Notes: a model not told the origin generated them from the sequence alone. DNA of 53,918 bases from an uncultured Dehalococcoidaceae bacterium (GCA_964638295.1 CAZWYS010000003.1:1-53918); one strand, 5' to 3'; positions 28,107 to 37,521 are shown, numbered from the stretch's first letter. Numbers and translations are program-made.

Positions 28107-28141
28107 CCACAAAAAATGATGAAAGGAGGTGATAGCGTTCA
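28107..28141 (+). promoter_or_regulatory. Conserved leader element with orphan extended Shine-Dalgarno (copy 2)
   Basis: CCACAAAAAATGATGAAAGGAGGTGATAGCGTTCA; matches 8900-8935. Confidence 0.6.
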
Positions 28142-28190
28142 GCAGTAGACTAATTCTAGCCAACCAAAATCTAAATCAAGGAGTTTTAAG

Positions 28191-29375
28191 ATGAAAAAGA
28201 AAGTTTTTGGTGTTTTGATTGCCTTGGTGTTGGGGATTTCACTTCTGTTAGCTGCCTGTGCTGCGCCTGCTCCCGCGCCGGCACCAGCCCCTGCGCCTGC
28301 TCCCACGCCGGCACCAGCCCCTGCGCCTGCTCCCGCGCCGGCACCAGCCCCTGCGCCTGCTCCCGCGCCGGCACCTGCACCGTCACCTGCACCAGCACCT
28401 GCCCAGCCGGCAGAAGTGATAAAGTGGATTGCACAGGATGACAACCCCAATACCAACACGACCTATCTCACTTTGGAAAGAATCTGCAAGGCAGTTGAGG
28501 AGGCATCTCAAGGCCGATTTTCCATCCAGCCGAATCCTGGCGGCTCCATTGTCCCTGCTGACACCGAGTTAAAACCCACGAGCAGCGGTGTCCTTCAGGT
28601 AGCCCACAATGGCCCCATTCTCTGGAAACCCCATCTCTCCGCGTCGACCCTCTTCAGCACCTCTGTGGCGGGCCCCACCGCTCTCCAGTACTTCTTCTGG
28701 TATCAGGTTGGGGAAGGATTTGAGCTGATGCAAGAGATGTTTGATTCGAATGGTTTAAACCTTATGCCTATCACTGCGACTGCGGAACTGCCTGAGACCT
28801 TTCTGTATACCAGCTTTCCAATTAATACAGTAGAGGACCTCAAAGGCAAGAAGATGCGCCTTCTCGGTGACGAGGCGGTCATCTTCGGCAAGCTAGGAGT
28901 AGCCGCAGTTGCCACACCGAGTCCTGAAATCTATGAGTCCATGCAGCGCGGCGTCATTGACGGTTTCCAGCATCAGAACATCGGCGGCGACATCAGAATG
29001 GGCTTCCAGGAAATCGTCGACTACGTCTACATGTCTCCGGCCCGCCAGCCGACAGATATGTACATCCTCTACGTCAATAAAGATGCCTGGGCCGAGCTTC
29101 CTGATGACCTGAAGAAAATCCTGACCGAGGTAGGTTGGGCGGAAGGCATCAAGCATTTTGCCCTTGGCAGTTACGAGTTGACCCAGGCTTCCCAGATCTG
29201 GGAAGAGGCTGGCGCCAGCATTCAGCCAATTCCCAAAGCAGTTGAAGATGCGGTTGTCCAGAGTGCTCTGGAATTCTATGATGAGCAGGCCGCGGCTGAC
29301 CCGTTCTTCAAGAAGGCACTGGAGTCACTGCGAGCTTGGCGCGACGCCTACAATAAGGTTCTCCCCGCTCTCTAA
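28191..29375 (+). CDS. dctP: TRAP substrate-binding lipoprotein DctP with Pro-Ala linker
   Basis: Lipobox LAAC, (AP)n linker, DLKGKKMRLLG and EIYESMQRGVIDG. Confidence 0.93.
   Translation: MKKKVFGVLIALVLGISLLLAACAAPAPAPAPAPAPAPTPAPAPAPAPAPAPAPAPAPAPAPAPSPAPAPAQPAEVIKWIAQDDNPNTNTTYLTLERICKAVEEASQGRFSIQPNPGGSIVPADTELKPTSSGVLQVAHNGPILWKPHLSASTLFSTSVAGPTALQYFFWYQVGEGFELMQEMFDSNGLNLMPITATAELPETFLYTSFPINTVEDLKGKKMRLLGDEAVIFGKLGVAAVATPSPEIYESMQRGVIDGFQHQNIGGDIRMGFQEIVDYVYMSPARQPTDMYILYVNKDAWAELPDDLKKILTEVGWAEGIKHFALGSYELTQASQIWEEAGASIQPIPKAVEDAVVQSALEFYDEQAAADPFFKKALESLRAWRDAYNKVLPAL
28261..28375 (+). repeat. 30-nt coding tandem repeat (about 3.8 copies) encoding (AP)5
   Basis: ctgcgcctgctcccgcgccggcaccagccc repeated, with one substitution in copy 2. 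Confidence 0.92.
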
Positions 29376-29389
29376 TCACCCGTATTGCT

Positions 29390-29430
29390 GAGTTCCCCTG
29401 CCCGGGTTCAGAATCTGGGCAGGGGAACTC
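29390..29430 (+). repeat. Intercistronic stem-loop between dctP and dctQ
   Basis: gagttcccctgcccgggtt-cag-aatctgggcaggggaactc, a 19-bp stem with two G-U pairs and no U tract. Confidence 0.85.
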
Positions 29431-29452
29431 TCGAATAAAAGAAAGACCAGTA

Positions 29453-29962
29453 ATGAGAAAAATTATTCATACCATTGATGCCACTTCTGATTGGACGGCA
29501 AAAATAGGCCGGTGGCTTATCCCGATACTGATGGTGATGGTGACCCTTGAAGTCACGCTGCGCTATGTCTTCACCAAGCCGACTCTATGGGGATATGAGC
29601 TCCACGTCATGCTCGCCGCCAGCTCTTACATGATCGCCTTTGCCTATACACATCTACAAAGAGCACACGTCAGGGTTGATATGATCTACGCCCACCTTCC
29701 CTCCAAAGCTCAGGCTCTCATTGATTCCCTGGGCACATTGTTCCTCTTCTTCCCTTTTATATTTCTGCTAAGTTACGCTGCCTGGAACTATATGTTTAAT
29801 GCTTGGGCAACCAGCGAGAAGATGGCCATTACTGGCTGGTACCCACCGGCGGGGCCGTTACGGACAATGGTGCTCTTTGGGCTCTGCTTGTTTGCGCTTC
29901 AGGCCGTAGCCCATTTTTTCCGGGACACATATCTACTGATAAGGGGCAGGTCATATGATTGA
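29453..29962 (+). CDS. dctQ: TRAP small permease
   Basis: EVTLRYVFTKPTLWGYE and HVRVDMIY. Confidence 0.93.
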   Translation: MRKIIHTIDATSDWTAKIGRWLIPILMVMVTLEVTLRYVFTKPTLWGYELHVMLAASSYMIAFAYTHLQRAHVRVDMIYAHLPSKAQALIDSLGTLFLFFPFIFLLSYAAWNYMFNAWATSEKMAITGWYPPAGPLRTMVLFGLCLFALQAVAHFFRDTYLLIRGRSYD

Positions 29963-31295
29963 TTTAAGTCCAGAAATGGTCACCGCCCTCATGCTGGGCG
30001 GTGTTTTTATCGGTGTCTTAACCGGTTTTCCACTCGGCTTCATTGTCGGGGCACTGGCTTTACTCGTCGGCTTTTTCGTCTTTGGTGGCATAGTACAAGT
30101 AGCCGACGTCATTTATACCAATATCTACGGCATCATTACCAACTACGTCTTAATCGCCGTTCCGCTATTTGTTTTCATGGGGGTAATGCTGGAACGTTCC
30201 GGACTAGCGGAAAGGCTATATGATGCGCTGTACTTATGGCTCGGTGGCCTGAGAGGCGGTCTTGCCATCGTCACCGTGCTCATGGGCACTATCATTGCCG
30301 CCACCGTAGGCATCATCGCCGCTTCCATTACCATGCTGGCGCTGGCGGTCCTGCCATCAATGCTGAAGCGTGGTTACAGTAAATCTCTGGCCACTGGAGC
30401 CGTTACCGCTGGCGGCTGTCTGGGAATACTCATTCCCCCAAGCATCATGCTTGTTCTCTATGGACCTATGGCCGGAATCTCCGTGGGCCAACTCTTCTTC
30501 GGTGCGTTTTTACCCGGATTTACCCTGTCTGCGCTGTATGTTATCTACATCGCCATGCGCAGCTATTTCCAGCCGCGTATAGCACCTTCAGTACCACCTG
30601 AGGACAGAAGGGTTCCCTTTCTCAGGAAGACCTACTTGCTGGCGGTTTCCATTGTTCCTGTCGCCATTCTCATCCTGTCAGTACTGGGGGTAATCTTTCT
30701 CGGCATAGCGCCGCCCACTGAGGCCGCTGGTGTTGGCGCCTTCATGGCTACCCTGCTAACCATTGCCTACCGACGTTTCAGCTTGAAAACCCTGAAAGAG
30801 GCATCCCTTATTACACTGCGAGCCTGTGGCTTTATCTTCATCATTGTTACCATGGCAGTGGCCTTTAGCGCCGTCTTTCTTGGCGGTGGTGGCCGCGAGG
30901 TTATGTCCAATATCATTTTGAGCGCTCCCGGTGGCAAGTGGGGTGCCTTCGCCATCATCATGTTCATCATCTTCATCATGGGCATGTTTATTGAGTGGAT
31001 CGCAATCGTCTATATTATGGTACCAATTATCACACCCATTGCCCTAACGGCGGGATTCGACCTCCTTTGGTTCTCGATTATGGTCTGCGTAAACCTGCAG
31101 ATGGCCTTTATGACCCCACCCTTTGCCTCAGGAATCTTCATCTGCCGCGGCGCCTGTGACCCGGAAATGGGCATCACCATGGGCGACATCATCAGAGGAG
31201 TCCTGCCACATGTGGCACTGATTCTCGTCGGGCTCACCATTTTCACCTTTGTTCCACAGATTATTACCTGGTTACCCAGCCTGATGATAAGATAG
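29955..31295 (+). CDS. dctM: TRAP large permease
   Basis: AVPLFVFMG, LGILIPPSI, PPTEAAGVG and TPPFA. Confidence 0.95.
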   Translation: MIDLSPEMVTALMLGGVFIGVLTGFPLGFIVGALALLVGFFVFGGIVQVADVIYTNIYGIITNYVLIAVPLFVFMGVMLERSGLAERLYDALYLWLGGLRGGLAIVTVLMGTIIAATVGIIAASITMLALAVLPSMLKRGYSKSLATGAVTAGGCLGILIPPSIMLVLYGPMAGISVGQLFFGAFLPGFTLSALYVIYIAMRSYFQPRIAPSVPPEDRRVPFLRKTYLLAVSIVPVAILILSVLGVIFLGIAPPTEAAGVGAFMATLLTIAYRRFSLKTLKEASLITLRACGFIFIIVTMAVAFSAVFLGGGGREVMSNIILSAPGGKWGAFAIIMFIIFIMGMFIEWIAIVYIMVPIITPIALTAGFDLLWFSIMVCVNLQMAFMTPPFASGIFICRGACDPEMGITMGDIIRGVLPHVALILVGLTIFTFVPQIITWLPSLMIR

Positions 31296-31350
31296 ATGAC
31301 AGGTTAGCAATCATTTAGGTAATTAATTTATACATGGGGAGGTAGAATAG

Positions 31351-31761
31351 ATGACTCATGAAGTTCATAAAGTAGTGAGGGAATCTGGTGGGCTGCGCAT
31401 TGTCATTGCCAACTCAGCAACCTCAATTACCCCGGATAACAAGAATGACATCGTCGTTGACGGCTCTCATTGCGGTGCAAATGTCGCCGATTATGTTCTC
31501 CAGGGCGGGGCTCGCGGCATGATTGGCAATGATGCTGGAATCGGGCTGGAGAGTGCTGGAATCGCTGCTTTGAAAATCCTTGACGAACACGGCGTCCCAG
31601 CCGCAGCCGTAGCATCTATATCTGCTGAAATCGGTGTTGGCCAGTCTACTTATGATGAAGGCGTCATATCAACCGTAAACGAAGTAGCCAAAAAAATGGG
31701 TGTTACTGCTGGCACAACTGCCAAAGAAGCCGCTGATAAGATGTTTGAGGGAATCTCCTGA
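31351..31761 (+). CDS. Uncharacterised GSHCG-motif protein (paralog 1)
   Basis: Strong RBS; motifs ANSA, VDGSHCG, MIGNDAG, SAEIG and VNEVAKKMGV are shared with the next gene. Confidence 0.85.
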   Translation: MTHEVHKVVRESGGLRIVIANSATSITPDNKNDIVVDGSHCGANVADYVLQGGARGMIGNDAGIGLESAGIAALKILDEHGVPAAAVASISAEIGVGQSTYDEGVISTVNEVAKKMGVTAGTTAKEAADKMFEGIS

Positions 31762-31800
31762 AATACTATCAGCATGATAAAGAAAAAGGGGGAGGTTAAA

Positions 31801-32220
31801 TTGGCTGGAGAGAAAACAATCGTGAAAGAAGTTAAAGGCCGCAGAATTGTCACCGCCAATTCCGCCGCAGAGATGGATGAAAATAGCAAAGGTGATGTTT
31901 TCGTTGATGGCTCGCACTGCGGTATAAACGTTGGCGAGATGACTCTGAGTTTCAGCGTTGGTGCCATGATCGGCAACGATGCCGGAATGGGAAAGAACGA
32001 TGCTGGTATTGCTGGCGTAAAATTCCTTGATAAACACGGGATTGCGGCGGCGGCAGTGGCGTCTATGTCAGCTAAAATTGGTAACGGTAAAAGCACCTAT
32101 GAGCAGGGTAAAATTTCCGTGGTTAATGAGGCTGCCAAGAAACTCGGCGTCACTGTTGGTATGTCCGCCAAGGAAGCCGCCGATAAATTGCTCGAGAACC
32201 TGAATAAGAGCGGCAACTAA
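31801..32220 (+). CDS. Uncharacterised GSHCG-motif protein (paralog 2)
   Basis: Same motifs as paralog 1. TTG 31801 after GGGGAGG is preferred. Confidence 0.85.
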   Translation: MAGEKTIVKEVKGRRIVTANSAAEMDENSKGDVFVDGSHCGINVGEMTLSFSVGAMIGNDAGMGKNDAGIAGVKFLDKHGIAAAAVASMSAKIGNGKSTYEQGKISVVNEAAKKLGVTVGMSAKEAADKLLENLNKSGN

Positions 32221-32239
32221 TATCGTTTGCAGACTTGGC

Positions 32240-32356
32240 ATCGGTAAGACGTTAAGGGACAATGGGAAATAATGCTGGCTAGTATTGCTGGTCTGGAATT
32301 CCTCAATATTTACTCCGGATTCAGCAGCCTACCGCATATTAGCGCTAAGCGGTGAC
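32240..32356 (+). pseudogene. Degenerate fragment of a third GSHCG-family copy
   Basis: atgggaaataat..gctagtattgctggtctggaattcctcaat (MGNN..ASIAGLEFLN) aligns with MGKNDAGIAGVKFLD of paralog 2 (23/30 nt in the core by hand), with frameshifts. Confidence 0.5.
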
Positions 32357-32397
32357 CTTTTCTACCAATTAACAGAACCACAAAAGGAGGAGCGGAT

Positions 32398-33204
32398 ATG
32401 GGAGAGCGTCTTAAAGGAAAAGCGGCAATCGTTACCGGAGCCGGTTCTATCCTCGCGGGAATGGGTAATGGCAAAGCTACTGCTATCGTTTTCGCCCGGG
32501 AAGGTGCCAGAGTGATGGCGGTTGACTATAACCTTGAAGCCGCCGAGCAGACCAAACAGATGATTGAGGAGGAAGGTGGGGAATGTATCACTTTCAAAGC
32601 TGACGTGTCTAAAGCCAGTGACTGTAAGAATATGGTGGAAACGTGTGTCAGGACCTTTGGCAGGATTGACATTCTCCATAACAACGTCGGGATGGGGGGA
32701 TATGGTGGACCAGTTGAAACCAGCGAAGAGATCTGGGATAAAACCATGACCATCAACCTGAAAGGCATGTTCTTGACCTGTAAGTATGCCCTGCCCTATA
32801 TGGAAAAACAGGGAAGCGGTGTTATAATCAATATCTCCTCGCTCAATTCCATAAGAGCTCAACCGGCTCCATCCATCGCCTATGCTTGCTCGAAGGCTGG
32901 AGTAGTTGCGCTCACCCGGGAGGTAGCCCTTCAATATGCCGCCAAGGGAATCAGAGTGAATGCCATCTTACCCGGTCTCATGAAGACGCCAATGGTGGAA
33001 TTCTACAATCCGCAAGCTTATGGAGACGGCGATGTTGGGCTGATGTGGCAACGACGAGATGCGATGTGCCCCACCGGTAAGCAGGGTGAACCTTGGGACG
33101 TTGCCTACGCCGCACTATTCCTAGCTTCGGACGAAGCAAAGTACATTACCGGTACCACCCTGCTCGTTGACGGCGGTATATCAGGGACAATAAAGTCATG
33201 GTAA
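32398..33204 (+). CDS. SDR-family NAD(P)-dependent oxidoreductase (paralog 1)
   Basis: TGAGS...GNG, HNNVG, YACSK and IRVNAILPG. Confidence 0.93.
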   Translation: MGERLKGKAAIVTGAGSILAGMGNGKATAIVFAREGARVMAVDYNLEAAEQTKQMIEEEGGECITFKADVSKASDCKNMVETCVRTFGRIDILHNNVGMGGYGGPVETSEEIWDKTMTINLKGMFLTCKYALPYMEKQGSGVIINISSLNSIRAQPAPSIAYACSKAGVVALTREVALQYAAKGIRVNAILPGLMKTPMVEFYNPQAYGDGDVGLMWQRRDAMCPTGKQGEPWDVAYAALFLASDEAKYITGTTLLVDGGISGTIKSW

Positions 33205-33250
33205 ACGAAGATAAAGCAGCTACTAAGTGAAAGGAAAAGGAGGATTAGAC

Positions 33251-34054
33251 ATGGGAGAGCGTCTTAAAGGAAAAGTGGCAATTGTCACCGGAGCCGGTTC
33301 TGTCCTCCCCGGAATAGGCAATGGCAAAGCTACTGCTATCGTTTTCGCCCGAGAAGGTGCCAGAGTGATGGTAGTCGATTATAACCCTGAAGCCGCCGAG
33401 CAGACCAAACAGATGATTGAGGAGGAAGGTGGAGAATGTATCACTTTCAAAGCTGACGTGTCTAAAGCCAGCGATTGCAAGAATATGGTGGAAACGTGTG
33501 TCAGGACCTTTGGCAGGATTGACATTCTCCATAACAACGTCGGCATTGGGCAATGGGGCGGGGTAGTGGAAACCAACGAGGAGACCTGGGACAAGGTAAT
33601 GACTGTTAATGTGAAGAGCATGTTCCTGACCTGCAAGTATGTTATACCCCAGATGGAAAAACAGGGAAGCGGTGCTATCGTCAATATCGCTTCTATTGGC
33701 GCTATAAGAACTCCCCTGCCTAATTGTGCTTATTCAGCATCAAAGGCAGCAGTAATTGCCCTCACCCGTGATGTAGCCCTTCAATATGCAAATAAAGGGA
33801 TTAGAGTGAACGTAATCCTGCCCGGGTTGATGAAAACGCCGCAGGCTGAGTTCTACAATAAGGATGCCTGGGCCGGCGGGAATATTGAGGAGATGTGGCG
33901 ACGGCGGGATGCCATGTCCCCTACCGGGAAGCAGGGTGAAGGCTGGGACACCGCTTATGCCGCCCTGTTCTTAGCTTCAGATGACGCTAAATATATAACC
34001 GGAACAACCTTGCTTGTTGATGGTGGCCTGACCGGAACAATAAAAGGCTGGTAG
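33251..34054 (+). CDS. SDR-family NAD(P)-dependent oxidoreductase (paralog 2)
   Basis: Same motifs with YSASK. ATG 33251 follows AGGAGG and aligns with the start of paralog 1. Confidence 0.93.
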   Translation: MGERLKGKVAIVTGAGSVLPGIGNGKATAIVFAREGARVMVVDYNPEAAEQTKQMIEEEGGECITFKADVSKASDCKNMVETCVRTFGRIDILHNNVGIGQWGGVVETNEETWDKVMTVNVKSMFLTCKYVIPQMEKQGSGAIVNIASIGAIRTPLPNCAYSASKAAVIALTRDVALQYANKGIRVNVILPGLMKTPQAEFYNKDAWAGGNIEEMWRRRDAMSPTGKQGEGWDTAYAALFLASDDAKYITGTTLLVDGGLTGTIKGW

Positions 34055-34211
34055 TCCAAGAGGGCAATAAATAACAGGACAAACATTGACTTGACATTTC
34101 TCCACAATGTAGAGATTATATAAAATGGAGAATAAAGAGTAGTCTAAAAATGGCATAAGCCTTAGCCTTACTTCTTAAACTGGCCCTATTAAAATTGCGG
34201 GGTGAAACACT

Positions 34212-35171
34212 ATGGCAATACAAAAAGAGAAACTGGTGGATATGTACCGGACGATGGTCCGGATCAGACGCTTTGAGGAAAGAGTGGCTCGGGAATTTGC
34301 CGAGGGGAATATTCCCGGCAGCGTCCACTCATACATTGGTGAAGAGGCGGTAGCTACGGGAGCAATAGCGCATCTGAGAAAAGACGACTACATTCTAAGT
34401 ACCCACCGCGGACATGGGCATTTGATTGCCAAAGGTGGCGAAACAGACCGGATGATGGCTGAGCTGTTTGCCAAGAAAACCGGTTATAACGAGGGCAAGG
34501 GAGGCTCCATGCACATCGCCGATGTAGATATTGGCATGCTGGGCGCTATGGGAATTGTCGGGTCTGGGATACCGATTGCCACCGGTGCCGGCCTTTCTGC
34601 CAAAATGAGGGGAACAGACCAGGTTACTATCTGCTTCTTTGGTGACGGCGCCGCCAATATCGGCAGATTCCACGAAGGAATAAACCTCGGCGCCGTCTGG
34701 AAGCTCCCGGTAATATACATCTGTGAAAACAATCTGTGGGCGGTATCAGTGCCTGCAAGCCTGTCCCTGCCCGTACGTGACGTTGCTGACAGAGCTGGTG
34801 GCTATGGCATCCCAGGCGTAGTTGTCGACGGGATGGATGTGATGGCAGTATATGAGGTGGCAGGCGAGGCGGTAGCCAGGGCAAGGCGGGGTGAAGGTCC
34901 TACTCTCATAGAAGCTAAGACCTACCGGTACCGCGGACACTTTGAGGGTGACTCAGGTCTCTATCGGTCTAAAGAAGAGATTGAAGAGTGGCAGAAGAGA
35001 GACCCAATCAATAGCTTCAAAGAAAAGCTCATTAAAATGAAAATATTGACCGAAAAGAAAGTAAGTGAGACTGACCATGAAATGATGGAGGAGATAGACA
35101 AAGCGGTGCAGTTTGCCAAAGAAAGCCCTTACCCAAGGCCTGAGGAAACTCTGGATAATGTCTATGCCTAG
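34212..35171 (+). CDS. ThDP-dependent dehydrogenase E1 alpha subunit (AcoA/PdhA family)
   Basis: STHRGHGH, GKGGSMH, GDGA..ENN ThDP motif and TYRYRGH. Confidence 0.93.
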   Translation: MAIQKEKLVDMYRTMVRIRRFEERVAREFAEGNIPGSVHSYIGEEAVATGAIAHLRKDDYILSTHRGHGHLIAKGGETDRMMAELFAKKTGYNEGKGGSMHIADVDIGMLGAMGIVGSGIPIATGAGLSAKMRGTDQVTICFFGDGAANIGRFHEGINLGAVWKLPVIYICENNLWAVSVPASLSLPVRDVADRAGGYGIPGVVVDGMDVMAVYEVAGEAVARARRGEGPTLIEAKTYRYRGHFEGDSGLYRSKEEIEEWQKRDPINSFKEKLIKMKILTEKKVSETDHEMMEEIDKAVQFAKESPYPRPEETLDNVYA

Positions 35172-35180
35172 GAGTTAAAA

Positions 35181-36161
35181 ATGAGAGAGATAAACTTTCG
35201 CCAATCGATTGGTGAAGCCCTGAGTGAAGAAATTGAGAGATACCCCAGCGTATTTATTATCGTTGATGATGTGGGCAAGATGGGGGGTATTATGGGTGAG
35301 CTGGGCGATTTATATGCCAGATATGGAGACGAAAGGGTAAGAGACACGCCACTGGCGGAGGCGGCAATCCTTGGCTCAGCCATAGGTACTGCCATAACCG
35401 GGATGAGACCAGTCGCCCAGCTGAGGTTCTGCGACTTCCTGGGGATATGCTGGGACGAGATATTAAATCAGGCAACTAAGATGAGATATATGTTCGGGGG
35501 GAAGATAAAAATGCCCCTGACCATGACGGCGCTGAGTGGCGCTGGGCGGCAGAATGCAGCGCAACATTCCCAAAGCCTGGAAGGAATGTTGATGAGCATA
35601 CCCGGTCTTAAGATTGCGCTGCCTTCAACTGCCTATGACGCCAAGGGTTTGCTTAAGGCGGCAATCAGGGATGATAATCCGCTGATGTATCTGGAACATA
35701 AGATGTTAATGTGGAGCGGCCCCAAAAGCGAGGTGCCGGAGGAAGAGTTTCTCGTTCCCCTGGGTAAAGCTGATGTCAAGAGGGAAGGCAACGATGTTAC
35801 TGTTGTCGCCACAGCGTACATGGTCCACCTGGCGCTTAATGCCGCCGAAAAACTGCAACAGGAGAAAGGCATCAGCCTGGAGGTTATTGACCCACGAACA
35901 GTGGTGCCTTTTGATAAGCAGACCGTCCTTGACTCAGTCAAAAAGACAGGCAGGATTGTTATTTTTACCGAAGAGTGCCAGACAGGGAGTTTCGCTGCTC
36001 AAATTGCCGCTATCGTCGCTGATGAAGGATTTGACTATCTTGATGCCCCGATAAAAAGAGTCAATGCCCCTGATACTCCTGTCCCATATAGCGCAGTTCT
36101 GGAAGACTTCTGGATTCCTAACGAGGACAAATTGCTCAAGGCGATAAATGAGATCACCTGA
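35181..36161 (+). CDS. ThDP-dependent dehydrogenase E1 beta subunit (AcoB/PdhB family)
   Basis: DTPLAE, AAQHSQ, DAKGLL and SVKKTGR. Confidence 0.92.
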   Translation: MREINFRQSIGEALSEEIERYPSVFIIVDDVGKMGGIMGELGDLYARYGDERVRDTPLAEAAILGSAIGTAITGMRPVAQLRFCDFLGICWDEILNQATKMRYMFGGKIKMPLTMTALSGAGRQNAAQHSQSLEGMLMSIPGLKIALPSTAYDAKGLLKAAIRDDNPLMYLEHKMLMWSGPKSEVPEEEFLVPLGKADVKREGNDVTVVATAYMVHLALNAAEKLQQEKGISLEVIDPRTVVPFDKQTVLDSVKKTGRIVIFTEECQTGSFAAQIAAIVADEGFDYLDAPIKRVNAPDTPVPYSAVLEDFWIPNEDKLLKAINEIT

Positions 36162-36297
36162 ATCCGTTTAGTCTTCACCCGCAATGAGCCGCCAAGAAAA
36201 AATTGGCTGATAGAACTGGCAGTTACTTGAGGGTAACTAAAAAGGGAAAGCAAGACCCGATAATTACCTTGAAAGATACTGGTCTAGTTTATTCAAC

Positions 36298-37389
36298 TTA
36301 TACCATATTTATCGCCTCTGCTATCAGGTCGCCCATTTCTTTGGTTCCAACTTTGGTCTTTCCTTCTTCCATTATGTCGTAGGTCCGGTAGTTTTGTAGT
36401 GCTTTTTCTATCGCCTGCTCAATACACTCCGCTTCCTTGATTAGACCATAGGTGTACCGCAGCATATAAGATACGCTGAGGATGGTCGCAATCGGGTTCA
36501 CGTCGTTCTTCCCGGTATGTTTCGGGGCACTGCCATGACTCGACTCGTAAAGGCCGAACATGGTACCGCCTGTGCCTGAACCGGCTAGCTGGGCGGACCC
36601 TGCCATACCCAGTGAACCCGCCAGTACCGAAGCCTCGTCGCTGAGAATGTCGCCAAACAGGTTGCTCATTACGATAACGTCAAAATCTGTCGGCCGTTTC
36701 AGCAGCCACATGCTACAGGCATCAACATAAGCGTGCTCCAGTTCCACTTCCGGGTACTCCGATGCCAGCTCTTTAGCAATCACCCGCCATAGCTTACCCA
36801 CCTGCAGCACATTCGCCTTGTCAACCGAGCATAACTTTTTCCGCCGCGATCGCGCCAGTTCAAATCCAACCCGGTGGATTCGTTCAACCTCATGCTCCGA
36901 ATAAAGCATGCTGTCTACCGCCATGCGCTCTTTTTTGGTTTGCCACATCTTCTTCGGCTGACCAAAGTAAGCGCCGCCTGTGTTCTCGCGGAGCACTATC
37001 AGGTCAACTCCGCTTACTACTTCTGGTTTAAGTGGAGTGCAGTTGACCATTGATGGAAAAACTTTCACCGGGCGCAGGTTGGCAAAGAGACCGAACTCCT
37101 TGCGCAGGTTCAACACTCCGGTGTTTGCGTCCTCTTTTACCTTGGGATACTCCCACTTTGGACCGCCAGCCGCCCCAAAAAGTATCGCATCACACTCGCG
37201 ACAGACTTTTAGTGACTCTTCAGGACAGGGCACACCGTATTTATCAATTGCCACCCCGCCAATATCAACGTAATTAAGCTCAAACTCGTGGCCATACTTC
37301 TTGGAAATTGCCTTGAGAATTTTTATTCCCTCGGCAACAATTTCTGGGCCAATATGGTCGCCAGGCCCTACTGCTATCTTTCCTTTCAT
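36298..37389 (-). CDS. leuB: 3-isopropylmalate dehydrogenase-like beta-decarboxylating dehydrogenase
   Basis: GDHIGPE, LFANLRP, RENTGGAYFG, VDKANVL, NLFGDILSDE and HGSAP; specificity loops are atypical. Confidence 0.8.
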   Translation of the reverse strand: MKGKIAVGPGDHIGPEIVAEGIKILKAISKKYGHEFELNYVDIGGVAIDKYGVPCPEESLKVCRECDAILFGAAGGPKWEYPKVKEDANTGVLNLRKEFGLFANLRPVKVFPSMVNCTPLKPEVVSGVDLIVLRENTGGAYFGQPKKMWQTKKERMAVDSMLYSEHEVERIHRVGFELARSRRKKLCSVDKANVLQVGKLWRVIAKELASEYPEVELEHAYVDACSMWLLKRPTDFDVIVMSNLFGDILSDEASVLAGSLGMAGSAQLAGSGTGGTMFGLYESSHGSAPKHTGKNDVNPIATILSVSYMLRYTYGLIKEAECIEQAIEKALQNYRTYDIMEEGKTKVGTKEMGDLIAEAINMV

Positions 37390-37521
37390 TGCCTAACCTC
37401 CTCTGACTTTGAATATTATTCAATACTGGATTAATATTTCTACTTTACTCTTTCTTATGAACTTAAGTCTAAAACATAGACAAGGCGAGCGTGTAAAATA
37501 CGCAATAAATAAGCCATGCTA

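Noticed and set aside
28261-28375. 30-nt repeats as a CRISPR array
   Set aside because: Head-to-tail with no spacers, in frame within a CDS, and no cas genes in the window.
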